A stretch of DNA of 64,000 nucleotides from the human T2T-CHM13v2.0 reference genome, Homo sapiens, in assembly GCF_009914755.1 (NCBI RefSeq), contig NC_060928.1. One strand, 5' to 3'. Within the stretch, counting starts at the first letter, position 1; the number at the start of each line of letters is the position of its first letter. Made by a program: the position numbers and the translations under genes. A model generated the notes under the pieces. That model saw nothing but the letters and a program-made list of their open reading frames with translations, made no database searches and was not told where the DNA came from. This document shows positions 1 through 13,905 of this stretch, piece by piece.

Positions 1-475
1 TTGCTATGGAGTACAGTGCTGCCTCTGGTGGTTCCAGGTGCTGAATGAGCACTGCTCTCTCCTGACCCCTCACAAAGTCAGACAGTGATGGCACGGCACT
101 GTGCTGAAACCCCAGCCCAAGAAAAAAGGAGCAACTTTGCGCTGTGCATCTCAGTTTCTTTTTTAATCTACAGTCTCTTACTAGGTGGACTAAGGAAAAA
201 GAAAAGACGTTACTTTGCTACATTTTCTATCCATCCCCTCTAACTAACTATACTAGCTAAACTAAATGAAAAGGAAATTGTCAAGACCAATGCTTCATAA
301 ATTTTCACATCATGACAGATAGAAAACAATGATATTTGTATAGGCCATTTGGGTAAATGGATGTGGCCCCCTATGGCTAGAAATGATCCAGGAACTTCAG
401 CTATCACAAGTTCTGTTCTTCAGCCATCCCCAGAGCTGAAGGTATCAGTATCTTGACCCATTCACGGTATAGCAG

Positions 476-573
476 TAGGGTTTACCCAGAACTGAAGGGT
501 TCTCTGAGATGTGAAATTTTCGTTGCTAAAACTAGGGAAATCCTAGGTGAACCAGGACAAGTTGGTCACCCTA
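476..573 (+). mobile_element. MER81-like hAT-Blackjack MITE
   Basis: Starts tagggt, ends gttggtcacccta, with internal gctaaaactagggaaa; resembles the MER81 consensus as recalled. Confidence 0.7.
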
Positions 574-3464
574 TGTGCCAGCTGGAAAGCTCTGGACTAG
601 ACTATAGCCTGTACTTTGCTGAGTCAATGGAGGAAATGAGTGGATAAAGAAACATGGAGAATCTAGACAGGGTGGCTGAGTTCACACTGGAAAGGGAAGA
701 GAGTTGCTGGTGGAAGCAATCTGGAAGGAGAGAGAAAATGGGCCAAGAAGTTTCAGATGCCTTTGGGAATGCATTTTAGAGAGACTGCCTTTTGTGGGGA
801 GATTAGAATGGAGCAAAAAGAGACCTTGAGAACAGATGTTTTCTACTTATTTTGGGGTCCTAGCCCCTGTTAACATGACTGGGCCTCATGGTGACTTAGT
901 TTTGTACAGGTAACTCTGGGAATTAGACATCAGGCCCCGAGAACTAGGTCAGGGGTTATCTGAGGATAGGCTGTTCGATACTGCTTTTCTTTCTGACATT
1001 GAAACGTTTTCTTTCTTTTCTTTTCCTTTTCTTCTTCTTTTTTTTTTTTTTTTTTTTGCCCCTAGATACCTCCCTGAGAAAGAACCATTTTCTTTAAATC
1101 AAGTTTATGTCATTGATTCTCACTTTCCTGGCAACAGCGCATTCTTTCTCAAGATAGTCCTCAGTCCGATAGGCAAATGAATTCCTGTAACATCTGCTTT
1201 ACTCATCTGGTGTCTGAGTCCTGGCTGTGTTACGGCTTAGGTGCCTGGTGGGCACTTTGGGGTCAACTGGTCAGCCACTTTTCCCACACTTATTACTCTG
1301 CCAAAGCTCAGTCTTTGCTTCACAAATTAAAATGCGGCATTGAGACGTTAAAAGGTCTTATTAACTTCCTTTAAGTTTAAAGTATTTCAGTATTCTTTAT
1401 AGTTTTTTCCTTTTCCTAACTATAATATTCCTCACTTCATCAAAGAAAGGAATTATTGAACAATCAATCAATAATTGTGATTCAAATTGTGTTGTGATTA
1501 AAAATACATTCTGCCTTGTTTCCCTTTACTTATAATTTTAGTTATGCTAGTCAGGGGTACTGCAGGAAGGGTGAGCTAACAAGCTTTCAGTAGGCCTAAT
1601 ATTCTGCCAGGCCGTTTCTTCCCAGCAGTTCACTCCTGGATTATTCAAGAAAAAGTTGCACATGGTTAACACTAAATAGTAAACTTGGCAGTGGCAGCTG
1701 TCAAAATGATTTGTAAAATCTTAGGTCCTGGAAATTAGGTTGTTCTTGCTGTGGTTTTCTTTGTGGCACTGTAAGATTTATTGAATGTAGTTAATACACT
1801 CAAATTTTTCTTCCTTTAGGAGTTGGTTGTTGGCATTAAGTTGAATGGAGAGGTAATAATTTAGGAGACAACAATAGAATTTAAGCATCCTTGACAAAGA
1901 CCTATGTCATTGTCAAGCTGAGGTGAAAAGACAAAGGGGAAAATTGAAAACAGGGAGCAAAGGAATGTGAACACACTTAAGAAGGAAGGAGCAACATATC
2001 TCACATTCAAGGAGAAGGGGTAGAAAGCAGCTCTTTGAGAGTGTGACAGAAAAGATCTTGGAGCGTTAATTGACAGTAAGGGGAAGGGAAGTCAACAGCT
2101 ATACTGCCTCTGTTCCTTAATGTGTTAGTTTCTCTCTCAATGTGTGAGCTTAAGTTAACAAGGCCAGTGCTGAATCTCCAGTAGAACATTGAAGATGGTG
2201 CCTTAGCCTCTGCTGAAACGGCCCTGAGTACTTCTTTCGTGTTGGCTGGGAATGTTTCCCCATCAGCTTTGCGTTCTCCAATTCTTCCATAAAGGAAGTA
2301 ATAAGTAATAACTCCCTCTCCCACTGAGCTTCTTATTCCAGAAAAATATTTTTTGGGGGGTGTAATTTGACAAAGTGGGGTTGGAAGACCTTTGTCCTCG
2401 ATAAAAGGCAAATCCCCAGGAAAGGAAATTCATTCATTCTTATTACACATTTAGGTAGACTTTTAATGTGAAGAAAGAGTAGATCATTTCCTGGAAGCCG
2501 GCTGAGAGGGTGGGGAGGGAGACGGCAGCATGAGGAGAGGGCATCAGGATAAGAAAGGAGAAGACAAGCTCTTCCAGGAGGCAAGCTCTGCCTGATGTTC
2601 ACTTTTGCCAGCCTCCTCTGCCTGAGTTAAAACAAGAACTTTGGGAATTCTCCCAACTGTTTTCCTGCCTTCATTTTAGCTTTGTCATATCTTTTGCATA
2701 GCTCTCTATAGATTAGACTTCGTTTCAAAATGGTATTTTAAAATGATTAAATGTTTAAAATAATGTAGCACAAATGTATTTGTCCCCAGATACCACAAGG
2801 AAATTAGTTTTTGTGGGGTTCCCAAACTTTTCTATGTAGAATAGTTAGGCCAGTGTGTTCTCAGGAATCCCTCAAATGTTAGCAAAGGAACATGCACTCA
2901 CCCAAACTTGCAGGTCAAGGAAAATGCAGGAGAATCAGGTTCTAGAAAGGGCAGAACTGATTCTTGAGGGTGGGGAGGTAGGTATGCTATTAATACTTCG
3001 TGTGAATGATGGAAAAGAAGCAGGCAAATTTCCCTGGGTCAGGCAGAGTTTCTGGCACTGGGTTCTTTATTCAACTGTTATAAATATTTTCATTTGTCTA
3101 GTATGGAAGAGAGAGTAAAAGAGGAAGGGAAATTTGAAGATGGAGTTAGGGTGAGGCTATAGATGACATATGACTTAAAAATTCTCTTTTGGACTTACTA
3201 TGGGAAACTAGAAATAGTTTGTGGGGCTTGTGGTCAAATATAATTTCCTCAGAGATGCTTTAGATTAGAAACAATGCCAGAATGAAAAGGGAGCCAAAAT
3301 AAAAATGTTTAATAATTCTTCCTGTTATGAAAAGTCCTTTTTCATATTTATCTTCACTAACTTTAGAGAAGGTATCCTATTCTTCTGTAAAATTCATTCT
3401 GTTTGTGTGTTTCATTTTTGGAGGATTCCAATTCTCTTTCATCCAGTCAGTCGATCATACGATA

Positions 3465-4150
3465 ATTCATTCAAAAAATATTTGAGTGCCTACTGTGTGG
3501 CCAGATATGGTGCTAACACTGGAGAAACCAAAATGAATGAATGAAACACAGTCATTGCCCTCAAGGTAGAGCCTAAAAAAAAGCCCACAGTCTTTCCTGG
3601 GGAGATATTCAATATCAAATAAATTATGACAATATTGGTTGAAAACAGGTAACATGGATCATTGTAGGCTTAAAAGAGGCAGTGATGAAATCTTTGGTAC
3701 ATCAGAAATGTCTTCTTGGAGCAGAGTCAAAACTGAATCTTGGTGAAAAAGGAGTTCACCAGGGGGATAAAGGTGGACATTTCAGTCAGAGAGCATTGTA
3801 GAAAGCAGCAGTCCATAGCCAGGCATGGTGGTGGGCGCCTGCAGTTTCAGCTACTTGGGAGGCTGAGGCAGAAGAATATCTTGAGCCTGGGAGGCGGAGT
3901 TTGCAGTGAGCTGAGACTGACCATGGCACTCCAGCCTGGGTGACAGAGTGAGACTTCGTCTCAAAAAAAAAAAAAAAAGAAAAAAGAAAAAAGCAAGCAG
4001 CGGTCTGGCTCAGATCTCACATCATGGAGGGCTTTGTATGCTATTCTCAGGAGTTTAGACTTTATCCTATAAGCTCTGGGGAACCGTAAAAGAGTTTTTA
4101 GTAGATGAATTACATGATCAAATTTGCAATTTAGAAAGGTCACTCTGGTG
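3465..4150 (-). mobile_element. L2 fragment interrupted by an Alu
   Basis: attcattcaaaaaatatttgagtgcctactgtgtg is the reverse complement of the L2 3' end; L2 motif ggagtttagactttatcct follows. Confidence 0.7.
3816..3992 (+). mobile_element. 5'-truncated Alu (right arm only)
   Basis: Right monomer plus A-tail; probable TSD aagcagc(a/g)gtc at 3803-3813 and 3995-4005. Confidence 0.9.
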
Positions 4151-5444
4151 ACTTTTAAGAGGACAGAACAATTACAACATTCTAGATTAATTTGGGCAGA
4201 ATTATTTGTTATCTAAATACTATTGAGTTTTCTAATTTACAAACATGGTGTGTGTCACAGTTTCTTTTGGTCTTCTTTAATTTCTTTTAATAATGTTTTG
4301 TTATTTTCATTAAGCAGGTCTTGCACATATTTGTTAAATTTATTCCTCAGTTTTTCATGTTTCTGGTGCTACTATAAGTGGAATTGTTCTTAAATTACAA
4401 TTTCCAATTGCTGTTGCTAGTATATAGAAATGCAATTGATTTCTGTGTATTAACCTTGCTAAACTAGACTATTAGTTCCATATTCGCTTTTTAAAAAAAG
4501 ATTTCTAAGGAATCTAGAAAATTGACATGATTATGTTGTCCTAAAAAAGAGTTTTACCTTTCTTCAAATTGTAAGCCTTTTTTTCTCCTTGCCTTTTGCA
4601 CTGGTTAAAACTTCCATTACAAGTTTACAAGTTTCAGTAGAAGTAGCAGTGAACATTCATTCCCATCTTCCTCCTGATCTTAGTGGCAAAGCATTTGGTC
4701 ATTTATCATTAAGTGCAATGTAGGATGTTGCTTTTTCACAGATATTTTCAGGCTGAAAAATGTTCCCTTCTATTCCTAGTTTGCTGAGAGTTAAAAAAAC
4801 AAGAATATTAAAATTTATCAGTGACTTCTCTGTATCTATTGAAATGATTATATTGGTTTTTAAAAATTCTGTTAATATGGATTACATCTAATGATTTTTA
4901 ATGTTAAATCAACCTTGCTTTCTTGGAATAAACCCTACTTGGTCCTGATATCTTATTGTCATTGTGTATTTCCAGATTTTGGTTGTTAAAAGTTTCTGCT
5001 TGTAGGTTTCTGAGGGATATTGACATGTATTTTCCTTTTTTGGGAATGTGTTAGTCTGGTTTTGGTGTTGAGGTTATTCTGGCCTATTATGGTGATTTGG
5101 GAGTTCATCTTTACCCTTCTCTTTTCTGAAAAAATATGTGTGAGAGTGGTATTATCTTTTTCTGTAAATGATTAAAAAATTTACCAGTAATGCCATTAGT
5201 CCTAGAGTTTTCTTTGTGGGAAGATTTTGAACGATGTACTCAATTTCTTTAATAGAATTAGGGCTATTGAGTTTTTAAAAATTGCTTCACAGTTAGTTTT
5301 TGGTAGTTTATGAATTTTAAGAAATTTGCCCATTTCATTTAAGTTGTCATTTTTGGCGATTTTTTTTTTGGCAATATTTTTTTTCTATCTATTTAATATC
5401 TGGAGAATTTGTAGTAATGTATTCTATTTAATTCTTGGTCATTT

Positions 5445-5850
5445 GTTTCTCTCTTCCTTTCTTCCTCTCTTCCTCTCTTTCTCTCTTCCTCTCTCTCTTT
5501 CTTTCTCTCTCTCTCTGTCTTCCTCTTTCTTTCGCTCTCTCTTTCTTTCCTTCTTTCTTTCTTCGTTTCTCTTTAAGATCTTGTGCTGTTGCCCAGGCTG
5601 GAGTGCAGTGGTACAATCATGGCTCGCTGAAGCCCCTAACTCTCAGGCTCAAGTGATTCTTCTACTTCAGTCTTCTGAGTAGCTGGGAATACAGGCGTGC
5701 ACCACCATGCCCAGCTAATTTTTGTATTTTTTGTAGAGACAGGGTTTTGTCATGTTGCCCAGGCTGTCTGGAACTCCTGGGCTCAAGTAATCCTCCCACG
5801 TCAGACTCCCAAAGTGCTGAGATTACAGTTGTGAGCCACTGCGCCTGGCC
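5445..5850 (-). mobile_element. AluJ-like element with CT-rich expanded tail (5445-5575)
   Basis: Antisense Alu dimer with AluJ-type ctcctgggctcaag. Confidence 0.9.
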
Positions 5851-7236
5851 TCTTTTTTTTTCTTGTTAAGTCTAGCCAGAAGTTTATCAATTTCATTTTT
5901 GTTTTCCAACAATTACCTTTGGGTTTTTTCTAAATTTTCTATATTGGTTTTGTAATTTTCTAATTTCTTGATTTCCATTCTTTACTGTTTTCTTTCTTCT
6001 ACTTGGTTTGGGTTTAATTTGTTCTTATTTTTTTCAGCTTGTTAAAGGGTAATGTTAGGTCATTTATTTAAGATCTTTCTAATATAACCATTTAAAGCTG
6101 TATATTCCTCTATAAGCACTGCTTTAACTGCTTCCCATGGGTTTCAGTATGTTATGTTTTTAATCTTCATTTAAAATATTTTCTAATCTTTCTGTGATTT
6201 CTTCCTTGACCAAACTTAAAAGTTTAACTTCCAAATATTTGGAGATTTTGTAGACGTTTTTCTATTGTCGATTTCTAATTTAATTTGATTGTGATAAGGT
6301 AATATATGTGGTATGATTTTAATTCTTTTAAATTTGTTGAAGCTAGTTTTTAATGGCATGGCATTTGGCCTATTTTGATGTAAATTCCATATGTACTTGG
6401 AGAAAATGCATTTCTTGATGTTACTATGTGGAAGGATCTGTGAAGATCAGTTAGCTCAAGTATTCCATATCCCAATTGATTTTCTGTTAAATTATTTGAA
6501 TAACTATTGAGAGTATTGTTGTCTCCCGCTACAATTTTGGATTTGTCTTGCTTCAGTGTGTCAAGTGTTCCCTTTTTTAAAATTTTGAAACTCTAGGTTT
6601 TAGCTTCATTGTATCTTTCTTGTGAATTGACCTCTTTATCATTATAAAATGTCCAACTTCAACCTGAAAATATTCCTTTTTATAATGTTTACTTTGTTTG
6701 ATGATAATATAGCCACTCCAGCTTTCTTATGATTAATATCGTCCTGCTTTATCATTCTTCTATCCTTTAAGTTTTAAAATACTTGAGTCTTTATCTTGAA
6801 AATAGGTTTCTTGTAAACAATATACAGTTGAGTCTTAGTTAGGTCTTGTTATAATCCAGTCTGATGATCTCTGCCTTTTAATTAAACTATTTAGACTATT
6901 GACATGTAATATGATATGGTCGAGTTTAAATCTATCATTTTACTATTTGTTTTCTCTGTTTTCATTTTTCCTGCTTTATTTAATATTTACAAATATTTAA
7001 TATTAATAATGATTAATAATGTTATGGTTCTATTTTACTTCCAGGAATAATTTATTTAATGGGTTTATTTAATGGATTATGTCTGCTTTTTACCTTCCTG
7101 ATAAAATTCTTATTTTTCTTTTTTATCCCTCAAGAATATTATCACTGGATACAGACTCTGTGTCAATAGCATATGTCCTCTGGCTTGCATAGTTTCTGAC
7201 AGGAAGTCTATGGACATTCTGCTTTATTCTTTTGTG

Positions 7237-7715
7237 TATATATAATATATATATTATATATTATATATAATATTAATATTAATATTATATTATATATTAT
7301 ATAATATAATATTAATATTAATATTATATTATATTATATTATATATAATATATACTATATTATATATTGTATATTATATTATATATACATTATATAATAT
7401 ATATTATATGTAATATATACAATATAATATACATTATATATATTGTATATTATATTATATATACATTATATAATATATATTATATGTAATATATACATTA
7501 TATCATATACATTATATATTGTATATTATATATATTATATATAATGTATATTATATAATGTATATATTACATATAATATATATTATATAATGTATATATA
7601 ATATAATATACATTATATATAATATATATATTATATAATATACATTATATATAATGTATATTATATAATATATATTACACACATATATGTATATATGTGT
7701 ATATATATACATGTA
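7237..7715. repeat. AT-rich (TA)n-derived minisatellite with internal palindrome
   Basis: About 480 bp almost entirely A/T; tandem ~76-bp units followed by an inverted copy. Confidence 0.95.
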
Positions 7716-9959
7716 TGTCTTGTTTCATCTAATTGTTTTAAAATTTTTCCCTTTAATGCTTGTGTTCAGTAATTTGATCATACTATATCTTCATGTGATT
7801 TTCTTTATATTTATCTTGTTTGTCATTAAATTTCTTGGATCTGTTTGGTGAAAGATCTCAGAAAATTCAGAATACATCTGACCACTATTTTTTCTTCAAA
7901 TAATTTTTCTGCCCCTTCTCTGCTTCCTGCAGACTCCTATTATGTCTGTGTTAAACTATTCACTGTTATTCTACAGGCCATTGAGTTTCTGTCAACTTTT
8001 AAATCTTTTTATATTTATGCTTAATTTGGATAAGTCTATGGCCCCAAGTTCACTGATTTTTCTTTCTACAGTGTTTAAACTAATCTTACTTGCTTCTAGT
8101 CACTTTTTCATTTTCATGATTATAATTTTCATTTCTAGATATTGCATTTGGTTTTTTGTATGCTTTCATTTCTTTTATTATTATATTCATTTTCCTCCCC
8201 TTTGCATCCTTGAGTATGTGGAGGAAATGTATATCATCTTAAGCTTTCAATCCCTAATTAAATCTCTATTATTTTGGGGTATCTTTTTGATTAACTGGTT
8301 CTTCTTCTGGCCATTTGTCATATTTTTCTGCTTCTCTGTATTTCTAAAAAAATTTAACTGTTTGCTAGGCTTCTGAATTTTATATTGTTGAGTGGTGGAT
8401 GTTTTTGTGTTAATTTAATAATTTTTGAATTTTGCCTGAAGACAGTTAAGTCACTTGTGGGTTAGTTTGATCATCTCAAAGCTTGTTTTTAAGGTCTTTT
8501 ATCTTAGATGGGTATAGAGTATATTTTAGTCTCAAGATAAATTTTTCCCACTTTCAAGGTCTGAGCCTTCTACAGTCTACTGAATACCTTGTGTATTCAG
8601 AGAAATCTCTCCATTCTGGCTGGAAGGAATTCAAACTGTTCTTGGCCGTCTTAGCTCCAGAAACTGTTGATCTTTCAGTTTCATGGTAATTGCTTTTTCT
8701 GCAGAAATTATTCTTGTCTGTCCTCCTGGGATTTTACCTTATAAATGGGCAGATATCTCCTTAGCCAAAACTCAAGGTGACCCTTACACAGATTTCTAAA
8801 GTTCTTTCTCTATGTAGTTTTGTACTGTCAGAATCATTGCCTTAAAAATTCTAGCAACTCTGATCTTCCTGAACTTTAACTGTGTCTGTTCAACACAGTG
8901 AGATTGCTGGACACTCTTTAGGCTCTTCCTTCCCTCATCACTTGGGCATTGGTAAGGTTCATCTAGTTCCTTCCTCCCCTTCCCCAATTATCCAGGAACA
9001 TTATGATTTTACTGCCTGTTGTCCAATACCTGAAAATAGTTGTTTCTTGTATTTTGTTGAGTTTTATAGTGGTTTGGAGGGTAATTCAGACTGCCTTACT
9101 GTCTCATGGACAGAAACAGATACCTCTTTTGTCTCTTAATTTTCAGTTCTGTCCCCATTGCCTTGCTTTTCTCCCCCCGCTACCCAGCACCCCAGCATTT
9201 GTTTTAATCTTTCGTTTTGGATGGTAAGGTGGAAAGAGCTCAAACCTTATGCAAAGGTGAAGGGGGATAATAAAAAGAAAACAAAGAACAGGCAAGCAAA
9301 TCTTTCTACTTCTAAGATGGGCTCCTTCATTAACAAGATTCCTAATCATCGTTGTGCTAAAGGATTCCCTGTCCCCTTTTTCAGCCTTACCTAACATTGC
9401 TAAGATTGTTCCAATCACACAGTCTGATTATTACAATGCTAAAGGAATTTCTAACTTTTCTTCTGTTTTAATAAAATCTTCCTGTTATATTGTTAGTTTT
9501 CCATGGTTCACTGTCCCAGAAGGTAAAGAATGGAGAAAAGATGAAGATGTTATAAAAGTGGAAGAAAAACTGGGTTTCAGGCACTATGGTTATGAGAACA
9601 TTCTTCTTGAAGTTAATGTTTGCTTCTCATGGAAACATAGTTTAAATGTTTGCCCACAATCATTTATCATTCATATTTCTACCTGGGAGAGTATTTATTT
9701 AAGAGCTAGGGAGGCCAGCACAAATACTGTGGGGGAACAAACTCAGAAGATAAAGTAGGTTTTTGCCATATGACCTGCTTTTTGTTTTTTTTAATTTTAT
9801 GATTTTTACATAACTGGTTCTTCCTTTATTCATCTCAAAAGATACTGAGGTTATTTTTCATAAGCACTATCTTCTTTAAGTGGAATGAGGTCACCTTAAT
9901 ACAGTAGGTAAACACAATATTTATAAACTTCTCTTCACCTCTGAATTTTAAGAAAATGA

Positions 9960-10278
<319 letters not shown>

Positions 10279-10479
10279 TGGAAAATCTTTTTTATATTAC
10301 ACTGTAAGTTTATTTTCCACAGCACTTATTATCATGCTATGTTCTCAATTGTTTCTCACAGATTTACTCTTGCTCCTCTAAATCTCACAGATTTCCTCTG
10401 TTCTGTTTTAATCTGATTTAATCTGTTCTCTTTGCTTCCTTCTTCACCCTCCATATTCATTCCCTATCTTTTTTTGCCC

Positions 10480-11260
10480 TGTTGTGACCATTTGGTAGCT
10501 GACCATTATGAAAGGAGTTATCTGGGTCCACTTGCCTGACTCTCTTGCCTTGATGGTTGAGAGTCCCAGTAGAAGGTTGAAGGTCCAGAAAGTTGAGTCC
10601 CAGTAGAAGGTTGGAGGGAGAAAGAAGGGAAAGGGATATATATATATATATTTTTCGAGATGGAGCCTTGCTCTGTCGCCCAGGCTGGAGTACAGTGGCA
10701 CAGTCTTGGCTCACTGCAAGCTCCGTCTCCCGGCTTCACGCCATTCTCCTGCCTCAGCCTCCCGAGTAGCTGGGACTGACTACAGGCGCCCGCCACCTCG
10801 CCCGGCTAATTTTTTTTTGTATTTTTAGTAGAGACGGGGTTTCACTGTATTAGCCAGGATGGTCTCGATCTCCTGACCTCGTGATCCGCCCGCCTCGGCC
10901 TCCCTAAGAGCTGGAATTACAGGCGTGAGCCACCGCGCCCAGCCGGAAAGGGGTATTTCTTTTGCCCCATCTTCCCTTCCACAGTCTGGCAGTGGTTGTG
11001 TATCTCCATAGATAACAGCTCTTGTCGGGTAGTCTTCTCTTGCTTCAGCTCTCCCAAGGCTTATATACTCCTTTTTCTTCCATTTGTCCCTTCAGGCTTT
11101 GAGGTAACAGCTCTTCTCTGTTGCTCTGGGTACTTCACTAACCCTTGTTGGGTTCCTTAATCCTACCCATGCCTCCACATGTAGTCCCTTCATTGATCTC
11201 TCTTTAGTTAAGCCCTTTTTGAGTGTGCCTCTTTTTCTTGCTGGGACCATGACTGATGTA
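10480..11260 (+). mobile_element. Old ERVL-class LTR (LTR33-like) interrupted by AluY
   Basis: 3' end tttgagtgtgcc...ctgggaccatgactgatgta resembles an ERVL LTR terminus. Confidence 0.5.
10637..10944 (-). mobile_element. AluY with (TA)n tail
   Basis: AluY diagnostics gcaagctccg and ttcacgccattctcc; CpG-rich; internal GACT duplication; ggaaaggg on both flanks. Confidence 0.95.
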
Positions 11261-11329
11261 AATTCTATATATTGCCTAGAGAACTCTTTATAACACTGAA
11301 GTTAAATAACATTACCACCCTATTCCAAA

Positions 11330-11875
11330 CCCTTCAGTGATCTTCCAATTAGAATCAAATTCAAACTGTTTGATAGAACCTCATAATGTTAACTCTCCAC
11401 TTTTTTTTTTCTCCTTTCAGTCTCTCCTCATTCTGTTCCAGCCACACTTATCCTTTTCCCTTGAACATGGTAAGCTCACTCACACCTTTGGGCCTGTATA
11501 CTTGCTGTTCTCTCAGCCTGGGCAGGTCTTCTCCTGGACCTTTACGTGATGGACTTTTTTTCAACATTCATGTTCCTGCTCAATTTTTCACCTACTCTAA
11601 GAGAACATAATTGATCAATGTGTTTAAATTGATCACTTCCCCCAGTATTATGTATCTCATTACTCCACCTTATTTTCAAATAACAATTGCTACTATTGGA
11701 AATAATTCAATTTACTTTTCCCTTTGTGTATGATCTGTCTTTCCCCACTACAACGTAAACAGCTATATTCAGGACATTTGTCTGTCTTGTTCACCACTGT
11801 ATCTCCAGTGCTAAACCAGTGTCTGGGTGCATCATGTACCCTCAATAAATGTTTACTGAATGATTGAATGAATAA
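11330..11875 (+). mobile_element. L2 3' end
   Basis: Ends ctcaataaatgtttactgaatgattgaatgaa. Confidence 0.8.
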
Positions 11876-13135
11876 ATGCCTGGTTAATTTAATGAAAGAT
11901 TGAAATAACAAATGAAGCTGAGAAAGCCAAAGAATTCTTAATCAGTCCTCTGGAAGGTAAACTGTATATATTGATCTATTCTTAGAAAATGTATCCTGTC
12001 CCATCCATAAATCTGGATTGAGAGGCAGAACTTATTGGTACCAGCGTGAGCAAGTCTGACTTGGTAGAAAAAAGGGAGTAGATCAGCCTGGAGCTGAGAA
12101 TATGGAGAAGAGTGTGAGTAGGAGAATGACAATCACAGGCCAAGGCGTTAGTGGGCAGAGATGCCCCTTTTAAAGGGAAAAAATGTAGCAGGAAATAAAC
12201 CTAAGCCAAATCAGGAATGAACTGTCTTAGTAAAGGCCAAGAAATGCATAAGGAACCATGGAATCAAACTGATCTGAAGTCCACGGAATCATCGAAGTCA
12301 TGGGAGTATGAAGAATGTACCAATATAAGACCTATAGAAACACGATCTTAGATATTCTAAGTGCAGCTCTGTGGCTCTCTGTTCTCCCATCCAGCATCTC
12401 TTCCTATGTGGTGTGCTCTCTCAGTCATCTGGCCACCCACAGCTCTCCCTGATCACCTAGATATCAGCAGGAAATGCTTGGAGTTTCTTAGTTGGGTTTG
12501 TCAGTGACTGCATTTTTTTCCCCAGCAGAATCAACAATTCTGGCAGAAATATTCCCTGTTCTTGAGATGCTAATTTTCTGTTGTAAGCTCAACAGCATCT
12601 GCACACCTAAACGCTTTCAGACCAGGGTGTCTCTAAAGAGTAGGCTAGGCCTCCTTTCCACTCCTCACTTGAAGCTCAGTTTCTTCCTCTAGCTACAGGA
12701 GTCTTCCAAGCCGTGGTTCTTCTAAGACAGACTAAACATTATGCTGATTCCCATGTCCATGTGGTTTTCCAAATAGGGTTGGTTCATCCCTTTGCCAGCC
12801 CATTGCTTACTTACCTGGAGTTTCCGTTGTCCTAAAACTTTATCTCATTAACCAATGCATGGGGGAAAAAATCAAATAAACTAAAGATTTCAGTGAAATT
12901 TATTGGTTACTAATCATTATCCCAGAAGAAACTGAGCCTTCCTCAGTGGCTCCTAAAAACAATGGCAGACTCTTTATGCCTCTTTAGTAGATGTGAGAAG
13001 GAACTGTGCTGGTACAGTGACCTTACACTCTCTCCCCACACCAGAGGTGACAGAATCACTTTAAGAAGTCAGATTACTATTCTGTCCCAAGAGAATTCCT
13101 CCAGAACAGGACTGTTTAAATTTTTTTTTTGTTTG

Positions 13136-13432
13136 AGCCAGGCGCAGTGGCTCACACCTGTAATCCCAACACTTTGGGAGGCCAAGGAGGGGGGATCACA
13201 AAGTCAGGAGTTCGAGACCAGCCTGACCAACATGGTGAAACTTCGTCTGTACTAAAAATACAAAAATTAGCCTGGTGTGGTTGCACGTGCCTGTAATCCC
13301 AGCTACTCAGGAGGCTGAGGCTGGAGAATCGCTTGAACGCGGGAGGCAGAAGTTGCAGTTGCAGTGAGCTGAGATTGTGTCACTGCACTCCAGCCTGGGT
13401 GACAGAATGAGACTCTGTCTCCAAAAAAAAAA
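13136..13432 (+). mobile_element. AluS-like element
   Basis: Full dimer with A-tail. Confidence 0.95.
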
Positions 13433-13569
13433 TCTTTTTTGATGATGAAAATATTCTATATTTGTGCTGTCTAATGCAGAAACCACTAGTCATATATAGC
13501 TGCTTAGCATTTGAAATGTGGACAGTGCAGTGAGGAACTGAATTTTAAATTTTGCTCAAATTTAAATAA

Positions 13570-13905
<336 letters not shown>

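Larger units (their letters stand above)
4180..9130 (-). mobile_element. Old degenerate L1M LINE-1
   Basis: Antisense L1 ORF2 motifs (ttctattcctagtttgctgagag, atagccactccagctttc); very T-rich; boundaries approximate. Confidence 0.8.

Noticed and set aside
18-32. CTCF-like gctgcctctggtggt
   Set aside because: Core is one base short of the consensus spacing
1008-1066. Long polypyrimidine tract ending in cctag
   Set aside because: No convincing downstream donor; more likely a simple T-rich repeat
5326-9758. Hydrophobic ORFs resembling membrane proteins
   Set aside because: Mostly by-products of T-rich antisense L1, the CT microsatellite and Alu sequence; no recognisable domain
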